A stretch of 64,000 nt of DNA from Lama glama (GCA_028534125.1 CM052818.1:31064001-31128000); one strand, 5' to 3'. Counted from the first letter of the stretch, positions 49,650 through 62,673 are shown. Translations and numbers: made by a program. Notes: a model not told the origin generated them from the letters alone.

Positions 49650-50760
49650 TCTCTTTTATGTCTTCTCTTTTTCATGTAAAAGTTAATTTTCATTCATATT
49701 TCCACATAAAGTTTTACTTTAATTTGTATACAGTTAAATAGGTCTGTGCTTTATTTTATTCATTCTGGGTGTCCATGGTGCATTAGTAAAGTCTACTCAA
49801 CCTAAGACTGTCGTCTCCTAGATTAATGTACATAGATATAGATAAACACCATATATATATTATATATTATACACTTGTATAATACGTACAGTGTACATCA
49901 TATTTGTATATAAACACATGCAGATGTACATACATATTCAATTTATTGATACAGTGGTATAAATTGATATAATGGATTATTTCAATAGATGCTCTCATAT
50001 TAAACCACCCTTAGTATAAAATCTGCTTAATCATAATACATTTTTCTTTAGATCATTGCCAGATTTTATTTGCTCATATTTCAATTAGAATTCTGTACCT
50101 TTACTTATAAATAATATTGGGATATAGTTTTTCTTCCTTTTTGTCTTTGTCAAGTTTCTTTTTATCATCTGGAACATTTAAATGGAAATTACCTATTTTT
50201 AACTTATATAAAATCTCAGCATATAGGCCTGGCGACTTTTTCATTGATAACTCGCTCATCATCTCTCTGTTCCTTCTCTAGTAGTTGATCAAGTCAAGAT
50301 TTTCATTTCCTCTTAAATTAATACATTTACTCTAAGTTTTAAATGTTGCTAGTATGCAATTCAAGCATGTAAACAGTGGCGTGAGATTTTTTAATTTCTG
50401 ATCTTTTCTATATTTATGCTCTCTTTTCCCCCCTTAATTCGGCTTGTAAGAGGTATATCTGCTTTATTAGTTTTATCAAAAAATCAGATTTTTGGTTTAT
50501 TTATTCTTTCTATTTTAAAATTTTCATTTTATTAATTTCAAAGAGGAAATTAAAAAAGTTGCTTACTACCTACATACCAATAAAAAATATAACACTACAC
50601 ACAAAAAATAATACAAGACTATAAAAGCTGTTTAATAAAAGTCCTTCTTATCAAAGAAGGATGCTGAAAAATAAAGGAACCAAGGACTCACCATAAACTA
50701 TAACAGAAAAAAAAGAATCAGTAAAGAGAAAAGTTGAAATCAAAGAGATCTTTCAACCCC
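49650..50760 (-). mobile_element. Old L1 ORF2 fragments; 50521-50760 is in the opposite (+) orientation
   Basis: T-rich ORF2 remnants to ~50540, then A-rich ORF2-like sequence. Confidence 0.55.
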
Positions 50761-50789
50761 AAGTTTTCCTTGCTTACCTTTTTTATCTC

Positions 50790-52885
50790 CACCTACAAGA
50801 TGAAGACCAACTTCTTAGCCTAAAGCATGGCACCTGAAGTCATTTCTGATCTAGTACCCATTTGCCTTTTAGCCCCATCAGTTGGCACTCCCTGGCACAC
50901 TTTATGCTTCAGCAGTACCAGATTGCTTGAATTCCCCTGATACATTACATTCTCTTCCTTGCCTTCATTTTTTTGCACGTACTGTTCCCATTCTCTGGAA
51001 TGAATTTCTCATCTTCTTCCGCCTGGCAAACTCCTTTTAATCTTTCAAAATCCAGCTTTATAGCATCTCTGTAGGAAGTATCCCAGAATTCTCCACCAAA
51101 TAGAACAAATTTTTTTCCTCTGATCTACACCTGCTCCTTTATATACCTCCACTGTTGATTTTAGTGCAATGTTTGCATCTGCCTCTCTTAGAAGAGCATG
51201 AGCACCTTGAAGGCAGTAATTATATCTTACTGGTTTCTAAAATGACTCCCAGGTCAGTACCTAGATACATTCTGTATTATCAGCTTGCAAAATATTTATT
51301 GAATGAGTGAGTGAATGTAATGACTGTAATATCCAACCATTCCAAGTCCTTTACTGGAATACTCTTTCAGAGTGTTTTTTTATGCTTGCTTTCTCTACTT
51401 TCTAGGCTTCTGGTTCCTCATAATCTTTTACATAATACATTCTGCTCCCATCATTTCAATAAAATGGCTTAGCCCAAATTCTCCCAAGAGCCTTCTCACT
51501 GCCGAATTACTAAATGGCCCTTTCTTCCCCTGGGTTTGGTTGGCCTTCAGGGGGCATTTTCCTTATAAATCCCCTTCATCTTTTCACGTTCCTCCCTTGA
51601 TTCTCAGACAGCATTCTTCCTCAGCGTTCATTCTGAATTTCTTCACTTACCTTCTTCTGCATGAGTTTCATCAGTGTGGCTTAGTCTTCTTCTCTATTCT
51701 TCTCTGAGTGGCCTCATGCATTTCCTCTGGGGAAAGACGGAGAATTGATTCTTTATTTTTAAATTCATACTTTTAGATTGAAGATTCTCCAATCACTAAC
51801 TCCAGCCTGGATTAATAAGCTCCAAGATGACACTTCTGTCAACTTATGAGCTGTTCCATAGGTACCTTAACTTTAACTTCATGGTTTTCCTTTAACTTCC
51901 CCTTTTGTCTGTATTCCTTATCTTTGAGAATCAGGTAAATACTTACCAGGTCACTCAATCTGTGAATAGTGTATTTGCCTCTTTCTCAGTCATTGCTCAT
52001 GTCACCAAATTTCATTTGTGCCTCTGAAATGCCTTTCAAATCTCTCTCCTTGTCTTCATTCCTACGGATATGGCCCTGCATCCATTCTCATCATCTTTTT
52101 TCTTAGATCATAGTAGTAACACTCTGATTGCTTTCTCAGCATCTAGTCTCTTTCCCACTGATGTATTCTTTACTTGGTTTTAGTTGTAAAACATGTATCT
52201 GGTAATGTTTCTCCACTGCCAAAATCTTTGTCAGTTCCCCACTACCTAAAGGACAAACCGAATTCCTTAGTACTGCATTCAAGGCCTTCTACTTCTTTGA
52301 AGTTTGTATCTTTTCAAGCTCATGCCCAGTTTTTTCCCCAACATGCACCCCACACTTCAAGCACATAGGCTTGTCCATTAAGGCCACTTTATTCATTGAT
52401 ATGTTTGACTTTTTAATACCTGTCCCTACTCTCTTGCCTGTAAAACTCATGAAATCTGAGATTCTGTCTTATTTACTATTGTATTGTGCCCCCAAACTGC
52501 TCCTGGGACATCACAGATGAATGGATGTATTTCCGTGCTTCTTCACCATTGCTGCTCTGTTTACCCGGGGTGCTCTTTCATCATTTTCTCAGTGGTGAGT
52601 TTCTGTTCATTTATCCTTTAAGGTCTAGCTTAAATATCAGTTTCTCCGTCAAGTCCAACCTAAACACAACCTTCCCAACTCAAAATGAGTGACTTTTCTT
52701 GTCCTTCTAAAAATTTTCTACAAAGTGCCAGTTTTGCGTTTACCTCCTTGTACCACAATTATTTGGATATGTGTCTCCAACTTCAGTAGATTTGAACTCT
52801 TTGGAGGGAGAGGAACGAGTCTCACTCATGTACAGTTTCAAACACTGAACTTCATACTGAATAGGCAGGTGCTTAATAAATCTAT
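50790..52885 (+). mobile_element. Cluster of L2 fragments
   Basis: Pyrimidine-rich L2 motifs and 3' ends at ~51300 (atatttattgaatgagtgagtgaat), ~52505 and ~52880. Confidence 0.7.
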
Positions 52886-52964
52886 GGGCAGGAGGAAGGT
52901 GCCTGCCCTTTGATGATATAAAGTCTTTTCTAACTTTTAAGTCTGTATTTTTAAAATGTATTTT

Positions 52965-53835
52965 CTTTTTTTTTGCATTTTTTCCAGCTTTATTGAGACA
53001 TAATTAACACGTCACTGTATAAATTTAAGGTATATAGCATAATGGCTTGACTTACATATACTGAGAAATGATTATCACGATAAATGTAGTTAGCATCCAT
53101 CATCTCATATAGATACTACTAAAAAAAGGAAAAAAGAAAAAAAATTTGTGATAACTCTTATGATTTGCTTTCTTAACAATGTTCATATGTGTTACACAGC
53201 TGTGTTAATTATAGTCATCATGTTGTACATGACATCCTTAGTACTCATTTTTCTTGTAATTGGAAGCTTGTACCTTTTAACCACCTTCTTCCTATTTTCT
53301 GTCTCCCTACTCCATGCCTCTGGTAGCCACAAATCTGATCTCTTTTCCTATGAGTTTGGCTTTTGGGTTTTTTGTTGTTCTTCTTCTTCATATAAATGAG
53401 ATCATACAGTATTTATCTTTCTCTGTCTGACTCATTTCAGTTAGTATAATGCCCTCAAGGTCCACCTATGTGTCCTAAATGACAAGATTTACTCATTTTT
53501 AATGATTGAATAGTGTTCCATTGTGTATACATCCACTCATCTGTCAGTGGATACTTGGGTTGTTTCCATGTCTTGGCTATTACAAGCAATGCTACAATGA
53601 ACATAGGGGTGCAGATTTTTTGAAGTTAGTGTTTGTTTCCTTTGGATAAATACTCAAAAGTGGAATTGTTGGATCATATGCTAGTTCAGTTTTTAGAGGA
53701 TCCTCCATTCCTGTTTTCCATAGTGGCTGGACCAGTTTACAATCCCACAAATGGTGTAGAAGTGTTCCCTTTTTTCCATACCCTTGCCAGGATTTATCTC
53801 CTGTCTTTTTGATGATGGCCATTCAAACAGGAATG
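52965..53835 (-). mobile_element. Laurasiatherian L1 (L1MA9-like) 3' end
   Basis: ORF2 C-terminal remnant MAIIKKT...KLVQPLWK...YDPTIPLLSIYPKE (53592-53822). 3' UTR 'ccatcatctcatatagatac'. Confidence 0.9.
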
Positions 53836-54177
53836 GGGGGATAGATGATGTAAAATCTGGGCACCAGTTTGGACAGGGCTCCTCCTCGTGGAGCACTTCT
53901 GCCTGTATTTCTAGTTCACCTACCATTCTCTCTCACTGAAGCATAGAACCACAGAGGGTCAGACCTGGAAGGGGAAAGTCAGGCCCTGCAGTTGAAGTGA
54001 CTTGTCCAAGACAACATAGTAAGGATAAGAACCAAGGCCAGGACCAGATCTGCTGTCTTTAGGCCAGGATCTTTTCCACTTGACTCTCTGTCTGCTCCCT
54101 CCCTAATGAGAGAGAATGGAAGGCAAAGTGTCAGGGAATGAAAGGAAATCCATGGGCCAGGGGGTCCATCTAGTGTC

Positions 54178-54232
54178 TGTGTGTGAGTGTGAGAGTGTGT
54201 GTGTGTGAGAGTATGTGTGAGTGTGAGTGTGT
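54178..54232. repeat. Imperfect (TG)n/(GTGTGA)n microsatellite
   Basis: Direct read. Confidence 0.85.
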
Positions 54233-54589
54233 CTGCCTCCCTTCTTCTCTACATATAGCCCTCTTTGTGGCTGCCTTGGGCTCCTGGAGGTCAGCAGAGA
54301 AGTCTCTGATCTGGCTCTTCCCAAATCGCTCACCTTCTAGAAGATGTTCAAAGCTCACCCAACCTGGGCTACGGCATACTCTACCACACCAGGGTCAGAG
54401 GTAAGCCCTGAACAGGGAACCAAACAGCCTTGAAATGTCACTGTCACCCAGAACCTATATCACTAAACATCATGGAAATGGATAAGCCTATGTCCCATCT
54501 CACTCCATCGCCTTGGCAGACAGCAGCCCAGAGACAGCCTCTGACCTCTGTCTGGCTCTGGCCCTCTGTGGCCCAGACATAAAGCAGAG

Positions 54590-54900
54590 AATAGTTCAAA
54601 GGGATGTCAAGTTCCAGCATCTTCCAATATCAAATTTAAAAAACTGCATTACCCTCAATAGATGTGGTTTTATAGTAATTGCTTGGAATTTGAATAGCAT
54701 GCTATAACCATCCCCATAAATTGGACTTCTTTAGATTTATTAAGCTATTTATTGAATGGTGGATAATAAACATTCAGGATTAACAGCTCTGCAACTGCTC
54801 TGAGCCAGTTACATATAGATTTGCTAAAATCCCATAAAATAATTATGAATCAGTTACCATGCTGACAAACCGTAATTGTCAAAAGTTCAATGCAGACTCA
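54590..54900. promoter_or_regulatory. Putative enhancer (posterior HOX/CDX, TCF, RUNX motif cluster)
   Basis: Repeat-free AT-rich block with two CCCATAAA, plus TTTTATTG, TTCAAAG, TGTGGTTT and GGATTA. Function is inferred. Confidence 0.4.
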
Positions 54901-55064
54901 GGGTCTTATTTAAAAGTTTGTTCTTGCTTGCAGCTTTGAAGCTCCTCTTCCTTTCCCCTGGCATTCCCTTTCTTTCCTCCATATTTCTACTTTCTCCCCA
55001 TTCCCTCTGTCTTCTTCTCCTCTCCCACCATTCTCCCTCCTTTCATTCATTTATAATACACGGG

Positions 55065-55410
55065 AGAAGCAGCTTGGTATGAAGAAAACAGCAGAGATGT
55101 GGGATCTGAGCTCGAGATAGGGGATCTGCCATCTGCTACCTCTGGGACCCTGGACAAGTCTCTCTTAGTCTTTATCTCCTTAGCTGTAAATATGGATGCA
55201 TATGTAGAGCATCCAGGGTATCAGAGGCTTTTGATGACTTTTGGCTTCCTTCTCCTCTCCTGCTCCCCCTGCTTGGTTCATCCTGAGCATGACTGTCAGA
55301 CTGGTCCTCCTGCAGTACCAGTCTCTCCATGTCTCTTTCCCATGGCTCCTCGTACCTCCCAGCTCAGCTGGGCTTTTGAGACCCTCCACAATTTGGCCCC
55401 CTGCCTTCCA
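55065..55410 (+). mobile_element. MIR (~55065-55200) followed by an L2 fragment
   Basis: 'ctgggaccctggacaagtctct...gctgtaaatatgg' and 'cttttgagaccctccacaatttggcccctgcc'. Confidence 0.6.
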
Positions 55411-55486
55411 ACTCTATCGCTAACTTTATTGCTTTATCTGGGACCTAGCATTATCTGGATTTTAATTCAAATCAGATGAAAATAAC

Positions 55487-56170
55487 TTTTTTAAATTGTG
55501 GTTTCATATATAATTTACCATCTTAACCATTTTTAAGTGTACAATTCAGTGACATTAAGTACATTCACATGGCTATGCAACCATCACTACCATCCAACTC
55601 CAGAACTCTTTTCATCTTGCAAAACTGAAACTCTCTGCCCATTAAACATTGACTCCCCATTGCCCTCTCCCCTGATCACTGGTAACCACCATTCTCCTTT
55701 CTGTCTTTGTGAATTTGACTATTCTAGTTTCCTCATAGACGTGGAAACCTATACGTGCTTTTGTCACTGGCTTATTTCGCTTAGCATAACATCCTCGAGG
55801 TTCATTCGTGTTGTAACATGTGTCAGATTTCCTTCCTTAAAGTGTAAAGTGATATCTCTTTGTGATTTTGATTTGCATTTTCCTGATGATTATTGATGTC
55901 AAGATTCTTTTCATGTCCCTGTTGGCCATTTGGATGTCTTCTTTGGAAAAATGTCTGTTCAATTTCTCTGCTTATTTTTTAACTGGGTTGTTTGAGGGAT
56001 TTGCTACTGATTTGTATGAATTCTTTCTATATTTTGAATATTAACCCTTTATCAGATACATGATTTGTAAATATTTTTCCTATTTCATAGGTTGCTGTTT
56101 CATTTTGTTGACTGTTTCTTTTGCTATGCGGAAGCTCTTAATTGCTTGTGCTTTTGGTGTTATATTCAGA
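55487..56170 (-). mobile_element. L1MB-type 3' end
   Basis: 'atttaccatcttaaccatttttaagtgtacaattcagtgacattaagtacattcac...aaaactgaaactct'. Confidence 0.9.
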
Positions 56171-58270
56171 CTGCATCTATGTTCCTCAGGGACGTTGGCC
56201 TGTAGTTTTCATTTTTTGTAGTTTCCTTGTCCAGCTCTCATATCAGGGTAATGCCAGCCTTGTGAAAGGAGTTTGGAAGCGTTCCTTTCTCTTTCAGTTT
56301 TTGGAAGATTGTGAGAAGGATTGGTGTTCTTTAAATGTTTGGTAGAATTCACCAGTGAAGCCATCTGGTCCTGCACTTTTGTTTGTTGAGAGGTTTTGAT
56401 TACTGATTCAATCTCCTTGCTAGCAATTGGTCTGTTCACATTTCCTATTTATTCATGATTAAATCTTAGAAGCTTGTATGTTTCTGGAAGTTTATCCAGT
56501 TCTCCTAGGTTTTCCAGTTTGTTGGCATATACTTATCCATAGCAGTCTCTTATAATCGTTTGTATCTCTGTCGTATCAATTCTAATGTCTCCTCTTTTGT
56601 TTAAAATTTTAGTCATTTGAGTCCTCTTTTTTCTTGTTAAATCTACCGAAAGTTTTGTCAATTTTGTTTATCTTTTCAAAACAATAGATTTTAGTTTCAC
56701 TGAGGTTTCCCTATCGTCTTTTTATTATTTTATTTATTTCCACTCTACTCTTTGTTATTTCCTTCCTTCTCTTAACTTCGGGCTTAGTTTGTTCTTCCTT
56801 TTCTAGTTCCTTGAGGTGTAAACTCTGTTTATTTGAGATCTTTCTTCTTTCGTAATGTAGTCATTTATTACTTTATACTTCCACCTTAGAACTGGGTTTG
56901 CTGAATCTCACTACTTTTGGTATGCTGTGTTTCCATTTTAATTTGTCTTATGATATATTTTCTTTTTTCATGTTTATTAAGAAATAATTAACATACATCA
57001 CCTTATAAGTTTAAGGCATACAGCATGTTTACATATATATATATATATATATATAAACTATATATATATAGTGAAATGATTCTCACAATAGTTTCAGCTA
57101 ATATCAAGATTTTTCAATTTCTCTTTTGTTTTCATCTTTGAGGCATTGCTTGTTCAGAAGCATATTGTTTAATTGCCACATATTTGTGTATTTTCCAGTT
57201 TTGTTCTTGTAATTGATTTCTAATTTTATACCATTATGGTCAGAAAAGATGCTTGATTTGGTCTCAGTGTTCTAAAATTTATATTAAGCCTTGTTTTGTA
57301 GCCTAACATATGATCTATCCTGGAGAATGTTCCATGTGTGCCTGAGAAGAATGTATATTCTGTTGCTTTTGGATGGAATGGCCTGTAAATGTTTGTTAGG
57401 TTCATCTGATCTAACATGTTTAATATTTCCATATTAATTTTCTGTCTAGATGATCTATTCATTGACGAAAGTGAGGTATTTAAGTCCCTTACTATTATTG
57501 TTTCTATTTCTCTCTTTAGGTCTTTTAATATTTGCTTTATATATGTAGGTGTTCCTCTGGATGCATAAATATTTACTAATATTATATCTTCTTGATGAAT
57601 TAGGCCCTTTATCATTATATAGTGGACTTCTTTGTTTCTTATTACTGTATTTGGCTTAAAGTCTGTTTTGTTTAATGTAAGTATAGCTACTTCTGCTTTC
57701 TTTTGGTTTTCATTTGCATAGACTATCTTTTTCATTTTCAGTCTACTGTATCCAGTAAGTTAAACTGAGTCTCTTGTAAGCAGCATATATTTAGCATATG
57801 GGTAATGGGCATATGGGCAATTTCCTTTGCTCCCTCTGTACTAACCCTATGGGAGTAGTCCTGGAGAGTGTGGAGAGTGCCGGCATGCCTGTTAACGACT
57901 GCACCTTTGTTACAGTCCTATAAGTCTTCTGGATACAAGCCTCCTTGGGTTTCAGAGCCAGATGTTTTGGGACCTTATTGCTCAAGTAGAAGTTTTAGAA
58001 GTTGGAGCAGTAAATGTGGGGTCCCAGTGTCTCACAGAAAATCTGGGAGTTGGGAGTTCCTTCCCAATTGTATGATGCTATGCCAGGTGTGAGGTTTATA
58101 ACAAGAGTGTGTCTCAGCCTTTCCTATCTCATTCACCTGATGTATAGGAGTTTCTCAGCTAGTTTCTGGATTTCTTTCAGAGGTAATTGCTCTGTGTGTA
58201 GATTGTTTATTCAATGCGTCTGTAGGAGGAGGGAGTCCAAAAACTCCTACGTTACCATTTTGGTTGACCT
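56170..58270 (-). mobile_element. L1 with 5' UTR (~57800-58270) joined to ORF2 (ORF1 missing); short nested L1 3' end at ~56960-57105
   Basis: ORF2 remnants at 57226-57735 and 56209-56439 (NRPIASKEIESVIK). 5' UTR-like 'ttctcagctagtttctggatttctttcagaggtaattgctctgtgtgtag'. Confidence 0.88.
57226..57735 (-). pseudogene. L1 ORF2 APE endonuclease remnant
   Basis: QKKAEVAIL...HYIMIKGLIHQEDIILVNIYA...DLNTSLS...EYTFFSGTHGTFSRIDHMLG are L1 endonuclease motifs. The frame is lost after KTRLN. Confidence 0.9.
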
Positions 58271-59579
58271 TCCAGTGCTCATGCCTTTAGAGAAGGCCCT
58301 TTGTTCCCATTGCATTGGATTCTGTTTAATTCAGACAAACCAACTTGCTACTCATCATCCTTGGACTTTCTCTCTTTTCTGGAAAATCCTCCCCTTCTTG
58401 TCCCTGGTGAACCATGTCTCTTCTCCTGAAATCACTGCCTACATGTTTTGCCTCCTCCTGGAAGCTCTCCTTGACTGACTGCATTTGACATGACTCACCT
58501 GAACACTTTCTGATGAAGTTAGCATTTAAATATACATACAAACACTGAAAGACAATGATAAACCGACAGAAATAAATTTCTGGATATATTTCACAAATAA
58601 CACTGAGCCGACTTTCCTGAATTACAAGCCCCCTTCAGATTAGTTTTCTACAAAACAAAGTCCTCTTTGCTTTTTCATTTAAGGGATTATACATGTAGAT
58701 AACCCCAAACACATGGAATCATCACAAAAGCAGATAGTTTGACATTTAGAAGGGGATTGCCTGCATGTTAACTAGTGTTATATCTTACTGTCTGCATAGT
58801 ATTCTCCTGAGGAAACATATAGATTAAAAACACATTTTAAAACAAGTTTTAGAGATGAAACATTGCCCATGGGGAAATCTGCCTACTATATCTCTATCAT
58901 AATAGGCAGGTTTCCAAGCTACATCCAAATTCAGTCTGGCAAACTTATCTTTTCAAATAAAATAACAGAATAAAATAAAATAAGGTAAAATAAAAGTTTC
59001 TTTCAGAAGGATTTCCATTGAGCACAACCCTGTGAGTCATCATTCTTAAACTCACTCTCTTGCTCCTTTATTAAAAAAAAATCATTGAAATGAAGCCTTC
59101 TAGAAGCTACAGCCTCTCATAAAAATTTGAAATTAAGAGAAATTCCCTTGATCCCATGTCATAGCCAGTTTTACCTCAGGTTCAACCAGGAAAAAGCAAA
59201 TTATGCAAGTCCCTGAAGGGTCAAGATCAAACTGTTGGCAGGCCCTGCGGTGATCAACCTGGTTATATGAGGAGGGAACATTTATCTAAATGATGAACCA
59301 GACTCAAATAGATGTAGATATAGAGATAGACATAGAGATATCTACTAACCACATAAGCATTTCTCAGGAATAGATGTGGCTGCTTTAAGATCTTAAGCTC
59401 TTCGCATAGTAAGGGTAGTCTTATGGTAGACTTTAGATCACTTTAGACAGCGAATTTCTTAAGAATGGTTGTTTTATTTCTTATAATTCTTTTTTTTTCA
59501 TTTTAGCAATTCTTTTTTAAATGGGGCATAATTTATATTATACTTAAAGGTACAGTTTTGAAATGCCATGTTCAGTGTG

Positions 59580-60130
59580 TTTTTTTTAACGCCTTTATTG
59601 TGGTATGGTTCCTGTACAGTAAACTACATATATTTCAGATATACAATTTGATGAATTTTGATAAATGTATACACCAATGAAACCACTACCACAATCAAGA
59701 TAGCAAATATTTCCATCACTCCTCAAAATTTTTGAATTCCCAATTTATCCCTTCCCACCCCATTTATCCCCTGGTAACCATAAGTTTGTTCTCCGTGTCT
59801 GTGAGTCTGTTTCTGTTTTGTAGATAAGTTCATTTGTGTCCTTTTTTTTCAGATTCCACATATAAGCAATATCATATGGCGTTTTTCTTTCTCTTTCTGG
59901 CTTAGTTCACTTAGAATGATGAACTCCAGGGCCATCCATGTTGCTGCGTATGGCATTATTTTATTCTTTGTTATGGCTGAATAGTATTCCACTGTATGTA
60001 TGTATGTATGTATGTATGTATATGTGTATATATATATATATATGACATCTTCTTTATCCAGTCATCTGTCGATGAACATTTGGGTTGTTTCCACGTCTTG
60101 GCTATTGTAAATAGTGCTGCTGTAAACATT
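59580..60130 (-). mobile_element. 5'-truncated cetartiodactyl/camelid-type L1 with the same distal tail as 41048-41692
   Basis: 'ggtaaccataagtttgttctccgtgtctgtgagtctgtttctgttttgtagataagttc'. Tail 'accacaatcaagatagcaaatatttccatcac'. Confidence 0.9.
59993..60043. repeat. (TGTA)n-(TA)n compound microsatellite within L1
   Basis: Direct read. Confidence 0.95.
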
Positions 60131-60494
60131 CTTTATACTGTTTTGTAACTTGAAATCTAAAACTTTGCTTTTGTTAGCTGGAGAAGGTGGAAGAGGAGGA
60201 CAGGGTGGAGAAGGGAAGGTCCTGGTTGCAGTTTTGATGCCCCATCCCAGAGGGCAAAATGCCCCAGGGGGCAGAAATTCTCCTGAGTATCCTGAACTCC
60301 TGTGAGGACAGCGCTGGGATGAACGTCTGGGTTCTGGAGTCCAGGGTTACTAAGCTGTGCTCCTGATTCCTTTTGGATTCCTCCGAGGTGCTTCAGGGAC
60401 CTTGCATCTGGGGTGGGAAAAAGAGGGGGGAATATTATTTGAAAGCCCAAATGCATAAATCAGATTTCACAATTCAGTCAGAGCAGCTCTTTTG

Positions 60495-61175
60495 TTGTAA
60501 ACTTAAATTTTGTTTCATGGTAACATGCACATACCATAAAACTGACCACTCAGTGTACCTCACAGAAGTGGAATCATACACCATTTGCCCTATTGAGACT
60601 GGCTTATGTCACTTACCATAATGTCTTCAAGTTGGAGCATATGTCAAAATGTCCTTTCCTTTTAAGACTGATGAATATCCCATCATGTGTATGTACCTCT
60701 TAAAAAATCCATTTATTCTTCAATGGACTTTTGGGTTACTTCCTTCTGTAGCCATTAAATGGCCTTCTATGACCATTTGGTGATAACATTGCTATGAAGA
60801 TGGGTTCTGTTTGAGTCCCTGGCTTTTACTTCTTTTGAATATATACCCAGAAGTGGAATTGCTGGATCATATGGTATTTCCATATTTAATTTTTTAAGGA
60901 ACCTCCCAACGGTTTTCTCTAGTGAGTACACTATTTTACACTACCACCATCAGTGCACAAGGGTTCCAATTTTTCCAAATCCTTGCCCGTAGTTAGTACT
61001 TTCTGGCTTTTTGATAATAGCCATTCTGATGAATGTAAAGTAGTATCTCACTGCCACTTTGATTTTCCCTTCCCTAATGACTAATAATGTTGAACACCTA
61101 TTCTTGTGCATCTTAGCCATTTATACCTCTTTTTTGGATAAATGTCTAATCAAGTCTTTTAGCCATTTTTTTAAA
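60495..61175 (-). mobile_element. L1MB/MC-type 3' fragment
   Basis: 'atatacccagaagtggaattgctggatcatatggta...ttttgataatagccattctga'. Confidence 0.85.
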
Positions 61176-62270
61176 CAGAGCAACTCCGTTTTTTTAATTA
61201 CTAATTTTTATTTATTTTGACTTCCAATTAAAATTTGAAGAAACAGTGCCACTGATTTTTTTTTAAGAAAACATCTTTTAAAATGGCTTAATCTCTTCCA
61301 TCTCCCATGTTCCAGGCCAGGGCTCTTTCAGGGTTGCACATTGCCTTACATACAGGTGCATCCTCATGGACACACACCTTCAAGTTCCAAGTTGCTTTTC
61401 AGTCGTCAGAACTAATTCTTTCTCCATAGTGATGGTATGGCATTTTTCTGGCTAAATCAGTATATTTAATAAAGGTATCAACAGATTAGAATTTCAGACC
61501 ACATTCCTGGAAACAAAGGTATCTGGGGAAAAGGCAGTTTCTCACCCAGGGGCTCCTCACTGCTCTGTGAGATCCAATGCAACAAGCAAGCTAAAGAAGG
61601 AAAGGAGAGAAAGCACAGTTGGTCTGAATTCCTTATCTCCAAGACTGGTCCTGACCAGACAGCATCTCTCAGAGCCAAGCATCCCTACACCTCACTTCTT
61701 ACTAATAGAAAGAACTCAGGTACTGAACTGCAGGGATTCGAGAAAAGCTTCAACTAAAAATGGGAAAGGAACTATACTTCTTGCATTTTATTCATCATCT
61801 GCCTTTCTCTTGTTTCTCATGCTAACACACCTGGTCATTGGGTTAAGCCAGTTCAGATTGATTCCTTAGTTAATGGCATTTGGGAGCTTATTGGGGTCTG
61901 TGAATGAAACTTGTCTTTGAAATTCAATAAGGAACAGAAGCAAGTCCAATCCTTGTATTTCATAACTCAGACTTGAGCTCTTCTCTCCTGGTCCAGAGTC
62001 AGCCACATTCTGTGGAGACAGGGCAATCTCTTGAAGGACATGCTGTGCTGTAGCTGTTCCAAACCACAGACAATATTTAGTTTCTCAGATGTTTGGGTTA
62101 TCAGCTGAGTTTCCAGATTTGCAGCAAATAATCTAGTTTTCTATGAGTGAATGTCCCAACCTCAGTTAATGGTCATGAGGTACAGGGTTGACCTAGATTA
62201 TTGAAATTCGTAGGTTCTCCTCTTCTAGCCAGTAGGGCCAACATTGTAAGTCCTTCTTCTGACAACTTTC

Positions 62271-62673
62271 TATGTTAATTTGCCAGGATTTGCTGTAATA
62301 AAAATACCACAAACTGAGTGGTTTAAACATCAGAAATTTATTTCCTTATAGTTCTGAGATTAGAAGTCAGAGATCAGGATGTCTCTGAAGGCACTCAGCA
62401 AGATCTGTTCCAGGATTCTTTTATAGCTTCTGGTATTTCCTTGTTTTGGGCAGAGGTAACTCCAGTCTCCACACGGCGTTCTCCCTATATGCATATCTGT
62501 CTCTGCATCCAAAATTTCCTCTTTTCTAAAGACACCAATTACGTTAGATTTGGGCCCACCTGAATGACCTCAACTTAACTTGATCACCATCTATCCAGAT
62601 TAGGTTACATTCTGAGGTACTAGGGGTTAGGAGCCCAACATTTATATTAGAGCAGATAGTTCAACCCACAACA
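62271..62673 (-). mobile_element. MLT1B/C-like solo LTR
   Basis: 'ataccacaaactgagtggtttaaacatcagaaatttattt...acattctgaggtactaggggttagga...ttcaacccacaaca'. Candidate TSD ctttc/cattc. Confidence 0.88.

Noticed and set aside
60243..60275. Tandem CTCF-like motifs (cccagagggca, ccccagggggcag)
   Set aside because: Both miss the conserved 5' CCAS positions, so the match is weak.
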